Source of the DNA: a virus
Taxonomy: Duplodnaviria; Caudoviricetes
Length of the DNA stretch: 56,637 nucleotides
Strand: one strand, 5' to 3'
IMG/VR virus record: IMGVR_UViG_3300030376_006415
Span: 1 to 56,637 of that record
Part shown: piece by piece, positions 18,389-27,545 of the stretch
Numbering within the stretch: the first letter of the stretch is position 1
How the letters are laid out: every line of letters begins with the position of its first letter
Made by a program: the position numbers and the translations under genes
The notes under the pieces: model-generated
Databases searched by the model: none
Seen by the model: the letters and a program-made list of their open reading frames with translations, nothing else
What the model was told of the DNA's origin: nothing

Positions 18389-21300
18389 TAAATTATATCC
18401 TCTCTACAATTCTTTTTCTTTTCATTTAGCTCATTACTCATATCTTCTGATATTATTTTAGACCCTTCAGAATTATCTGCTAAAGGATCGTCAATCTGAT
18501 TAATAATCTGATCAGCTTCAGTCTTTTCCAAAGATTCACCAGCATCTAATGCATCATTAGATGTATAATCAGTGATGCTCTGTGGTTGAATATCTTCTAG
18601 AACAATTTTCTCAAGGACACTTGCCTCTTGTATAGCAGCGTCTAGAAATTTCTCTCGACCAGAATAAGGTATAAATCTATTATAATCTATTATATCTTTA
18701 TACCTACTATAATTTAATTTTGCTTCAAATGGCTTTTCAAAATGAGATAATTCAACCTCTTGAACTTCGCCCTTAGAATCAATATATTTATGCCTTATAG
18801 TTTTTCTTTCATCTTTGCCATCATATTCCGTGAAGAAATCAACTAATATGCCTTCTTCACCAGTTTTAACTTCTCTCTCATCCTCAATCTTTCCACCTTC
18901 CCCAATATCATATTCTAATTTATATGTACCTACAATATAACCTGTCTCATTAACAATCTCATACGATATAATTTTATTTCCCTGTACATCTGTATCGCCT
19001 TCAATTATTCTTCTTTTTATATTTTTTACTTTAAAGCCTGGTCCTGGGATAATCCATGTATGGGTATTGTCGGATCCCTTATTGCTATCAAAGTCATAAG
19101 CTAACACTGCATTAGGGAAGTTTTCTAACATCCATGCATCACCCTCTTCTATAGTCATTGAGCTAACCATATCTAAATCATGTACTAAGTTCCCTGCTTT
19201 TCTATATACTGTCCCCTGTGTTGCATAAGCTATAGAGCCTGTTAGAAATAACTTAGCATTAGTAATTAGCTTTTCATATACCCACATTGCTGTAGGATTC
19301 TCATTGAAGGCTTTTTGAAAATTGACCCTATCATAGCCTTCTCGCTTTGTAAGGCGAACAAAATCTTTCCCAGCCATAGTGTTAGACACTACATCTTCTA
19401 CTACCTCATTAAGTTTTTTCCAATTAGATTCACCTACCATCTGCTTGACTGTTTTAACCTGGCCCTTAATCCACTTAATTACCTTATTCCATCTAGATTT
19501 ATCTTTATCACCCTTTATACCAAGTGTCTCTATAAATGCTTTCCCAAATTTAGCCTTCAATAACTCATAAAAGATTTTCTTTGCAACCTTCCTCTGACCC
19601 TTAAATCCTCTTTTGTCTTCAGGGAGCTTCTGTAGCTCAGCTTTAAAGTACTCTGTCTCTTTAACTATTTTAAGAACCTTATAAAAATTATCTGAATAAG
19701 CTAGCATTTCACTTAAATAAGCAGCTGTGGATTCAGTAATGCCTTCTAAGCTATTGGGGTCAACAGCAGCCATCTTACCGGGAAGGTTAATAAATGCCTC
19801 TATAGTCTCAGAAGACTTGTTGATTGTTATGCCAAATTGCTTAAAGAACGTCTGTATTGGTTCAAATATCTTTGATTCAACGTCTGTTAATTCATTATCT
19901 GGAATTTCCTCAGAGGGATCAACTAGAGTAGGTTCATTGTATGCATCCATTAGTTGAGCGAGAGTTTGGTCACCACCTTCTTCTTTAGTTGTTAATATCT
20001 CATTAATGTCTGACAACAAATCACCAATTTCTGGGTCTGACTCTAGAATATTCATAAACTTAACTTGACTGCCAACAATTTCCTTTAATCTGCTTCGGAG
20101 GCCTTTTATACGCCCTATGTCATCCTTAGGGCCACCATCTTTAGCGAATTTTTTAATAGCTTTATGTATGTCTCTTACTTCTGAGATTTCACTAGAAAGA
20201 TCATCAGCTTTCTTGTCGGACTTCTTGGTACCTTTGGGCTTATCTTTTATAGATGTTTCCTGCTTTTCGGTTATAATCGGAGTACCAGATGGTGCTTTTG
20301 AGGGCCCTGAAGTACCCTTAACGGACGTAATTATCTGCTGTATAGCCTTAGCCTTATCTTGAGGTTTTCCCGTCTTTAAAAGCGATTCTACGTCTAAACC
20401 TATAGATTTGGCAGCCTTGTTGATCTCAGTATTACTCTTCTTTAATAATGCTTTAGTTATACCTTGTACGCCACCTTTAGATTTGAGTGTATTTTTAACT
20501 GTATTAATAATAGGATTTGCCACAGGGGAAACGTCTTGCTTCTTTGTATTATCCTTGGATTGATTTTTCTTTCTGCCCTGGTAAGCTTGTGCACGGCTTT
20601 GTTGTTGCTCATCTTGATCCATATGCGCTTGAGCTTGTGCAGACTCTTTACGCTGATTTGTATTCAATTGCCTATCAGACTCTCTTAATTTAGACTCTAT
20701 TTTAACCTCAGCTGACTTTAGATCCTTGTTAAGCTGAGCCTCTAATTGGGCCATCTTAGCGTCACTAGCTTTTGCGTCTAACGCTTTAATATTATCTATA
20801 TTGTCTACGATATTTGAAATCTTCTCAATGGTTTTTGGACTAGACACTCCTAATTTCCTAGCTCTCTTTAGGAGATCTTCCTTCATAGATATTTTTATTT
20901 TTCTCCCAATCCATGATTTAACCTCTGTAATCGCATCTGCATCCTCAAGCCCAGCCTCTTTAAATAAATCCTCAATAAGTTTTCCGGAAGGATCTTTTTT
21001 GATATAATGTTTATAGGCTTGAGTTAACATCTCTCCAATATTACCACCTTTGCTCTTTCCATAGGTAAGCAGAATTTTTCCAATTACCCCAAGTTCCCCA
21101 TGCTTTCTTGCATCATATTGCTTATGTAATATCCCTGCAAAGTTTTTACCCTTACCGCCTTCACTCATACTGCCAAAAGCACCTTGCTGCCTTAATAACA
21201 ACTTAAATCCTAATGCGTCATTGTTGATGATGCTTTCTGGTCCTTCATATTCAAAGCTTCCATTGGCACTATTATTTATTAACGCACTAATTGCAGATGC

Positions 21301-22950
21301 CTCTTTTTTACTTCCAACATTAATCACATCACCGTCAGGAGTAACTATAGTATCATTCTTAGGTTTAAAAGCCCTATAGGTTGAGCCTATGCTTGCTGAT
21401 GCTAATTTAGGTCCACCAAAGCCTATGAATGCACTACCAAAAGAGTTCCATGTTTCTGGGTCGTTCCATATATCCTTCCATGTACCTGTTTGGCTTAAAC
21501 CATCCATAATGCTTTTAAGGTATGACTCGCCATCTACCAGACTCTCACTAGTAGCTTCATGTAGTATTTTTTGAGATGCATACTGAAGGGATTCTACAAC
21601 GCCTTCCATCGCTTGCTCCATAATAAATGCAGCACCTTTAGCACCCTTACTTCCGCGTCCAGCAAACTTGCGAACAAAACCTTTAGTAAACTCCCTTAAC
21701 ATAGATTTATCTTTACGCATATAACTTAATACGGAGTTTAACTGTAAGGGTTCTAAAACAGCCCCAGATACAACTGAATATGCAAACATTCCATTCTGTG
21801 CAAGTGAGGCAATATCCTCATAGGAATATCCTTCGCTCATTAAATCGTTTACAATCTCTTTATGATAACTTCCACCTTCCATAGCCATCATCATAGGCAT
21901 GCTAAGATAATTACTAGCTACAAAAGCTGCATCTCCAGCCCAATTAGCACCAGTGCTTATGGCCTGTAAGCTTTTAGCCTTGCTGAGCCCGCTGACCAAT
22001 GAAGTAGTTTTAAGAGCTGCACCACCCAATTTAAAGGCAACCCCTGGTGTCATTGCAGCAGCTAAAGAAGGACCTATTTCAGCAACTGTCTTAAACGTCA
22101 TATTCCAAGGATCATCCCAATAATTTTGCCATGTTAAATTACCATGCTCATCTTCACTCATTAAAGGATTTGCTTGAGCCCAATTAGCATAGGCTCTTAA
22201 GTTGGGATCGTTTCTCATTACTTCTGCGGTCTCAATCTCTACCCTATCCATGAAATCTTGAGTTTGTATCATTGCATCTTGATATGCGCTATACTTATCT
22301 GTTTCGAGTTCAGATACATGCTTTTCAATATTCGCCAACGACTCTTTAGAGATCAGGCTTACATTAGAAGGTATGCCTTCTCTTTCACGAAAGGTTCTTT
22401 TAGCCTCCTCAGTAGGACTATAAATATTTTTTTCTGTATAAAAAGAGGAAGGAGCTTTTCCTTTGTATCCAAACAATTCATGCTTTCTAAAGAAGTTCTC
22501 AATTTTTTCTGCACTAAACATGGGGGTTTCTGCAGTCAAAGTAGGGTCTTCATACCTTAGATGATTCCATTCCATCATCATCTGACTTTCAACTAATTGC
22601 TCTCTTGATCCTTCAAGGCTTTCAAATTGCCATCTTTTAAGTGCTTCATTTGCTGTAAGTAAATATTCTGGAGGACCATGAAGGATAGCCTCTTTCCATT
22701 TATTGACACTCCACCTAACGTCATCCATAAGAGATGGATCATAGTTTTCGTTAGGATCTGGAGCTTTATAATCTGGGGCATAAGGCCAATTAGGGTTATT
22801 GTTAGCGCTTATTAATACTTTTTTTGTTCCATCAGGATCAATAGCATATCTATCTTTTATTATCTCATCATCAGTCCAATACTCATCATATAGACCAGGA
22901 TGTGCATTACGCATAAGATCACCAAATTCTGGATCTGTATATTGATTCAT
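18388..22950 (-). CDS. Giant internal virion protein 1 with a C-terminal Pol-beta-type nucleotidyltransferase domain
   Basis: Gly/Ala hydrophobic segments; LTGSIA..HDLD, VDFF, RYKD. Confidence 0.6.
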   Translation of the reverse strand: MNQYTDPEFGDLMRNAHPGLYDEYWTDDEIIKDRYAIDPDGTKKVLISANNNPNWPYAPDYKAPDPNENYDPSLMDDVRWSVNKWKEAILHGPPEYLLTANEALKRWQFESLEGSREQLVESQMMMEWNHLRYEDPTLTAETPMFSAEKIENFFRKHELFGYKGKAPSSFYTEKNIYSPTEEAKRTFREREGIPSNVSLISKESLANIEKHVSELETDKYSAYQDAMIQTQDFMDRVEIETAEVMRNDPNLRAYANWAQANPLMSEDEHGNLTWQNYWDDPWNMTFKTVAEIGPSLAAAMTPGVAFKLGGAALKTTSLVSGLSKAKSLQAISTGANWAGDAAFVASNYLSMPMMMAMEGGSYHKEIVNDLMSEGYSYEDIASLAQNGMFAYSVVSGAVLEPLQLNSVLSYMRKDKSMLREFTKGFVRKFAGRGSKGAKGAAFIMEQAMEGVVESLQYASQKILHEATSESLVDGESYLKSIMDGLSQTGTWKDIWNDPETWNSFGSAFIGFGGPKLASASIGSTYRAFKPKNDTIVTPDGDVINVGSKKEASAISALINNSANGSFEYEGPESIINNDALGFKLLLRQQGAFGSMSEGGKGKNFAGILHKQYDARKHGELGVIGKILLTYGKSKGGNIGEMLTQAYKHYIKKDPSGKLIEDLFKEAGLEDADAITEVKSWIGRKIKISMKEDLLKRARKLGVSSPKTIEKISNIVDNIDNIKALDAKASDAKMAQLEAQLNKDLKSAEVKIESKLRESDRQLNTNQRKESAQAQAHMDQDEQQQSRAQAYQGRKKNQSKDNTKKQDVSPVANPIINTVKNTLKSKGGVQGITKALLKKSNTEINKAAKSIGLDVESLLKTGKPQDKAKAIQQIITSVKGTSGPSKAPSGTPIITEKQETSIKDKPKGTKKSDKKADDLSSEISEVRDIHKAIKKFAKDGGPKDDIGRIKGLRSRLKEIVGSQVKFMNILESDPEIGDLLSDINEILTTKEEGGDQTLAQLMDAYNEPTLVDPSEEIPDNELTDVESKIFEPIQTFFKQFGITINKSSETIEAFINLPGKMAAVDPNSLEGITESTAAYLSEMLAYSDNFYKVLKIVKETEYFKAELQKLPEDKRGFKGQRKVAKKIFYELLKAKFGKAFIETLGIKGDKDKSRWNKVIKWIKGQVKTVKQMVGESNWKKLNEVVEDVVSNTMAGKDFVRLTKREGYDRVNFQKAFNENPTAMWVYEKLITNAKLFLTGSIAYATQGTVYRKAGNLVHDLDMVSSMTIEEGDAWMLENFPNAVLAYDFDSNKGSDNTHTWIIPGPGFKVKNIKRRIIEGDTDVQGNKIISYEIVNETGYIVGTYKLEYDIGEGGKIEDEREVKTGEEGILVDFFTEYDGKDERKTIRHKYIDSKGEVQEVELSHFEKPFEAKLNYSRYKDIIDYNRFIPYSGREKFLDAAIQEASVLEKIVLEDIQPQSITDYTSNDALDAGESLEKTEADQIINQIDDPLADNSEGSKIISEDMSNELNEKKKNCREDII

Positions 22951-22961
22951 TCCCTACCCTT

Positions 22962-24557
22962 TTATCTTTGAAACATTAAATTGCCACTGCCGTAGATAGG
23001 ACCGTTAGAGGGACCGTATACAAACTCTTCCATATGTGCTTCAGCATCATTCAGGAAGGTATTCGTGCTTAAATAAGTTCCTATAATCCTTGGAATCAAT
23101 TCAGCAGCTGTAATATTAGTTTGTCTCTCAAGCAAAGAGTCTTTAAATATTGCCCAGCCCTCTGTAGTTAATTTCTCCATATCAAAATACTTATGCCCAT
23201 TATTTCCTTCCCTAAAGAAATCCATTACATCTTTATCGGTAATATCTCTAACTGATTTATTTGATGAGCTTGCAAGTATTCTTTTAAACTTACTTGCCTT
23301 TTCGGCTGGAGACATAGCATTCCAATCTGAAATCGTAACATCTGCAACTGTAGTTCCGCTAGAATCTACCCTGGTTATCATTGTCTTTAACGTAGAGTTT
23401 TCTAATATCTTACCAATATTATCATTAACAGTATTTCTTTGATCCCTAATATTTTCTAAGCCTTCAAATTTTTGGTCCGATCTTAAAGGTGTTAAGAAAG
23501 GCAATATTGACACGTCAGGATCTGTAGCGGTTTTCTTAACATATAGGAATTGATTAATCTCATCCAATCTAGTCTCATATGCCTGATTCATTATCGCAAA
23601 TTGTCTAACAGGCTCACTTTTCAGGCCATCCTCATAAGAGTCTTTAGCGCTATCATAATCACCCCATTCAGCATATCTATTAGATGCTGCAAAGTCAGGG
23701 TTACCTGTTTGCAATTTAAAGCTCTCGGTAAGTTGACCATCCTCATCTATCTCACCTTTCTCTAATTGCTCGTCAAACATAGCTAAAGATTGGATTATAT
23801 TCTTAGAAAGATTTTTCTTATTGGTTGCGATATCAGCAGCTACACGATTCTTATAATTTATATCAAGCTCTGCCTTCATAACGAAATCTTCAAACATATC
23901 AAGAGACTTTAATGCTAGAGTCCCTTCATGCTTTAAGAGATGACTCCATGCGTTTTGTAAGTGTACATCCTGAGAGTACCATTCTTGAAAGTCTTCATCA
24001 TCTGGGTGAAAAGGGTCCAATTTAAATGTTGTAGGGTCTTTATCGTAATTCCTTATTCTGCTCTGCACTTCAATTAAATTGAGAATATCTTGATCTTTTT
24101 TAACAAAGTTCTCGTATAATGCATCATCGGTATGCCCTCTTGCCCCAACCATAACCGTATTTAATTCTGATCGTACATCCTCAAGGTCACTAGACTCCCA
24201 TTCCCCACTTTTTAAAAGCTTATCTAATGCTTCTTCAGTTTCTACTCCCTTTGCTTTGAGATTAGTAGTCCACTTCCAATTATTCTCACTATCTACTAAG
24301 TGATCATGAAGATTAATAATGTTAAATCTTTGTTCTTCAGAGAGTCCGTCATCCTGATTTAACTTCTTTAGCATTAATTGGGCTTGACCAAATTCCTCTT
24401 CAGTATTGAATTTACTTGCATTCATAACAACTTCTTGGACGTTAGAATATAACTGTTGAGACTCTCTAGTTTTAGCGTTCTGAACAGACTTCATTAAATC
24501 ATCAAGAGCCGATATAGCTGATCCAAGCCCAGAATCATAATTTTTATTTCTAGCCAT
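22962..24557 (-). CDS. Putative internal virion protein
   Basis: Helical, Cys-free, in the ejection block. Confidence 0.5.
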   Translation of the reverse strand: MARNKNYDSGLGSAISALDDLMKSVQNAKTRESQQLYSNVQEVVMNASKFNTEEEFGQAQLMLKKLNQDDGLSEEQRFNIINLHDHLVDSENNWKWTTNLKAKGVETEEALDKLLKSGEWESSDLEDVRSELNTVMVGARGHTDDALYENFVKKDQDILNLIEVQSRIRNYDKDPTTFKLDPFHPDDEDFQEWYSQDVHLQNAWSHLLKHEGTLALKSLDMFEDFVMKAELDINYKNRVAADIATNKKNLSKNIIQSLAMFDEQLEKGEIDEDGQLTESFKLQTGNPDFAASNRYAEWGDYDSAKDSYEDGLKSEPVRQFAIMNQAYETRLDEINQFLYVKKTATDPDVSILPFLTPLRSDQKFEGLENIRDQRNTVNDNIGKILENSTLKTMITRVDSSGTTVADVTISDWNAMSPAEKASKFKRILASSSNKSVRDITDKDVMDFFREGNNGHKYFDMEKLTTEGWAIFKDSLLERQTNITAAELIPRIIGTYLSTNTFLNDAEAHMEEFVYGPSNGPIYGSGNLMFQR

Positions 24558-25649
24558 TTAAGCCCCCTGTTGTATCATAGTCATAATATCATATTGCTCC
24601 GCTAACCATGAATCATATGCATTGGCGAAGTTCATAACTGAATCTGATTGCGTTTTTAAATACCCTCCACCTAATGAATCTGTCATGGCTTTATGAGTAG
24701 ATACTGCTGGATTAATAAGGTTCATATATTCCGACCCTAATTGTGAAGTATCTCCGGTCCAATTCTCAAGCGCACTATATCCTCCATCATCAAGAGTATC
24801 CCATGCATTAGCCTCTTGAGGAACTCCATACTTTCTATCTAGGCTACCCTCTGCTATTTTATTCTTAGCTGAAGTATAAGCCCTTACCTGATTGGCAGCT
24901 GCTATCTTGGATTCTGTCTCTGCAACAGCCTTTGTTAATGGAGTACTCCTTTGTCCTGGGAATCCATACAACCCCTCATCAGCATATGCTTTATTTATCT
25001 GTAATAGTGCTTCATTTACAGCTCTTTGTTGTGAGAATGTATTTAATTTCTTTTCTGTTTGAGACTGCAACATAAGGTTATCCCTCTCCCTTTGGCTCTT
25101 ACCATCCAGATACTCAAGATTATTAAGTAATCCCTTTCTTAGATGGTTACTTTTCAATTCATGCAGTTGTTGTTGAGTCCCCCACTCACTCCAGTCTTGA
25201 CTAGTTTCAGACTGCCATTCGCTAAACTGAGCGCTTTCTATAAATGGAGTAAATGCTCCTATATTTTCACTTACCCACTGACCTTGATTAAAATTATCTG
25301 ATTCATTATCCGACGGTGTATGCGAAAGGAAAGGGTCTGCTGACCCAAATGCAAATTCTTCAAATCCACCACCTAAAACAGTGTCAGAGTAGGCATTTCC
25401 ACCTGTTCCCATTAGGTTCCAATTTTCCCACATTTGCTCTTCAGTCCACCCTGATTCTCCTAAACCTGCCAGTAGAGCTTGAGTATCTTCTTGATATAAA
25501 GTACCATCTGAATCAGTATAGGTGCCACTGACAATGGGTATGTTTGACCAACTTCCTACATCCCAATCAGTATTTCCCATAGTTTCACTAGCCCAACCAG
25601 CATCCTGGCCAAGAACTTGTTCCCACCAATTTAATTCTTGACTATCCAT
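24558..25649 (-). CDS. Acidic putative internal virion protein
   Basis: W/G/S/D-rich with a helical middle. Confidence 0.45.
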   Translation of the reverse strand: MDSQELNWWEQVLGQDAGWASETMGNTDWDVGSWSNIPIVSGTYTDSDGTLYQEDTQALLAGLGESGWTEEQMWENWNLMGTGGNAYSDTVLGGGFEEFAFGSADPFLSHTPSDNESDNFNQGQWVSENIGAFTPFIESAQFSEWQSETSQDWSEWGTQQQLHELKSNHLRKGLLNNLEYLDGKSQRERDNLMLQSQTEKKLNTFSQQRAVNEALLQINKAYADEGLYGFPGQRSTPLTKAVAETESKIAAANQVRAYTSAKNKIAEGSLDRKYGVPQEANAWDTLDDGGYSALENWTGDTSQLGSEYMNLINPAVSTHKAMTDSLGGGYLKTQSDSVMNFANAYDSWLAEQYDIMTMIQQGA

Positions 25650-25651
25650 TA

Positions 25652-26776
25652 CTATCCTCCTGTACTCGGGTTAAGGGACCATGTAAACTCTTCTTCTTCA
25701 AAACTATCCCAATTAGTGTCAGGATCATCAAGAACATAAGTGCTCCCCTGATATTCCCCTAGAGAAAACTCTAGATCGTTAAACCAATCCTGTGTCATTC
25801 CAAAGGCTGTATCTTCAAAGTCTGAAATAAACGAGTCAATCTGTCCTTGACTGGTAATGCCTGCTGACCCTACAGCAAAATCATAATTATCACTCAATGT
25901 GTTCTGTTGACTCTCATAGCCTGCTAATAAATCTTCTAGCTGAGTCATATAATTTGTTGATGTTGAATATGATTGAGCACCTATACCCATTAATTCATTT
26001 TTTAAATTCTCTGAGGTAAGCTCATAATTCCTTCTCGCTCTTGAATTAGTTGCAAAACCTGTATTGCCAGCTCTTCGGGTTAATTGATTTAAGCCCGGAG
26101 CTCCCGTTCTATGCAAGTTTCGTTTTTCGGTCTCAAAAGAAGCAAGCGCATTAGCTTTATCAGTTAACAATATGTCTTCATTCTCAAGATACATATCATC
26201 TAAATTTTGTGCATCAAATGCAAAGTCAGTATTTATATCCGTCATCTGCTGAATATAATTTTGGTATGTGCTAGAAATTCCAGTAGCAGCCTGAAAAGCA
26301 GCATTAGAATAAGAGTTTGGCTCACCTAGCCCACCAGATCCGCCTGCCCAGGGAGCTGTTGACATATATAAGTCAATCACCGACCCGACCCCCTCTTCAA
26401 ATTGTTGATAGCCTGAAGAATCAAATCCTCCTGTCCCCCATGTCTGTTGCCATTCATTGAATGTCAGTCCAGTTTGGTCAGTATTCTGCAATCCATACTC
26501 AAATAAATCCTCCAGAAAGCTATCACTTTGTTCTGTAACCCCTCCCTCACCTGATGAATACCAAGATCCAGGTGGTTCTGTAGGGTCCCACATATCACCC
26601 CATGAACCTCCAGATATACCGCCTAATAATTGCGATTGAAGCCAATCTACATCAGTGTATAATGCGGAAGAACCTCCAGTGGTAGTATCATCAAAATAGC
26701 CACCTTGAGTAAGGTCAATATTCTCAAGACCTGAAAAGTCTATACTAAAATCAAATGGGTTATTGTATTCGGGCAT
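25652..26776 (-). CDS. Acidic putative internal virion protein
   Basis: Very acidic, G/S-rich. Confidence 0.45.
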   Translation of the reverse strand: MPEYNNPFDFSIDFSGLENIDLTQGGYFDDTTTGGSSALYTDVDWLQSQLLGGISGGSWGDMWDPTEPPGSWYSSGEGGVTEQSDSFLEDLFEYGLQNTDQTGLTFNEWQQTWGTGGFDSSGYQQFEEGVGSVIDLYMSTAPWAGGSGGLGEPNSYSNAAFQAATGISSTYQNYIQQMTDINTDFAFDAQNLDDMYLENEDILLTDKANALASFETEKRNLHRTGAPGLNQLTRRAGNTGFATNSRARRNYELTSENLKNELMGIGAQSYSTSTNYMTQLEDLLAGYESQQNTLSDNYDFAVGSAGITSQGQIDSFISDFEDTAFGMTQDWFNDLEFSLGEYQGSTYVLDDPDTNWDSFEEEEFTWSLNPSTGG

Positions 26777-26785
26777 TCTTTATCC

Positions 26786-27490
26786 TTAAGTAATAGGGTT
26801 GCCTAAATCAACCACAGTAGTGTAATTATCTGGGCTCCCCACAAAGCTTCCAACACCGTATCCTTTAGCCGAACTGGTAATGGTCTGAGTTATAGTATCA
26901 AATATAATTTGCTCATAAGTCCCATAGTCATCAATTTGGTCTTGAAAATCTGTTATCCAACTCTCTGCCTCTCGTGCTTTAGCGTCACCCCTTTCCTCTT
27001 GTACATTCTCCCATGAAGGATCATAAAGCTTTGAAAACTTTCTTTGGTAGTCGCTGATATCAAAGTCAAAGTCTCTCAACTGATTTGCAGCTTTCTGAAT
27101 CTGCGGTTTATATTCATCAGCGATATTTTCTAATTGTTGCTTATCATGATATTCCTCTGCACCTTCTTCTATCTCTTGAAGCCCTGCATATGTTCCAAGC
27201 GCTATAGCTAAGCTAGATCCACCTGTGATAGGGGCCAATATAACCCCGGCACCAATAGCTAAGATTGCCTGGCCTGCTTCCCACCACCAATCCTGCTCAT
27301 TCTTTAAAGCATCTGTTTCAGCATCGTCTTGCTCCTTCTTTAAGTCTGATCCAGCCCGCCACAGTGCAGCGTATTCATCCTCTAATTCATCTTTTGCATC
27401 TTTTAATTCTCTTGTTGCAGCAGCATATTGAGCGCCAATAATCGCTCTTGCTTTTGATTTACCTGATCTGTTACTTTGATAAGTTGCCAT
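26786..27490 (-). CDS. Putative ejection/pilot protein
   Basis: Hydrophobic hairpin AILAIGAGVILAPITGGSSLAIALG flanked by coiled coils. Confidence 0.5.
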   Translation of the reverse strand: MATYQSNRSGKSKARAIIGAQYAAATRELKDAKDELEDEYAALWRAGSDLKKEQDDAETDALKNEQDWWWEAGQAILAIGAGVILAPITGGSSLAIALGTYAGLQEIEEGAEEYHDKQQLENIADEYKPQIQKAANQLRDFDFDISDYQRKFSKLYDPSWENVQEERGDAKAREAESWITDFQDQIDDYGTYEQIIFDTITQTITSSAKGYGVGSFVGSPDNYTTVVDLGNPIT

Positions 27491-27512
27491 TTTTACTCCT
27501 AGAAATCCTTGT

Positions 27513-27542
27513 AATATAATTGTTTATTGACATATTTTCCAA
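27513..27542 (-). promoter_or_regulatory. Candidate sigma70-type promoter for the ejection block
   Basis: TTGGAA-N18-TATATT. Confidence 0.4.
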
Positions 27543-27545
27543 CAC

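Noticed and set aside
19680-19780. Zincin motif in giant protein 1 (ITESTAAYL)
   Set aside because: No histidines; at most a degenerate remnant
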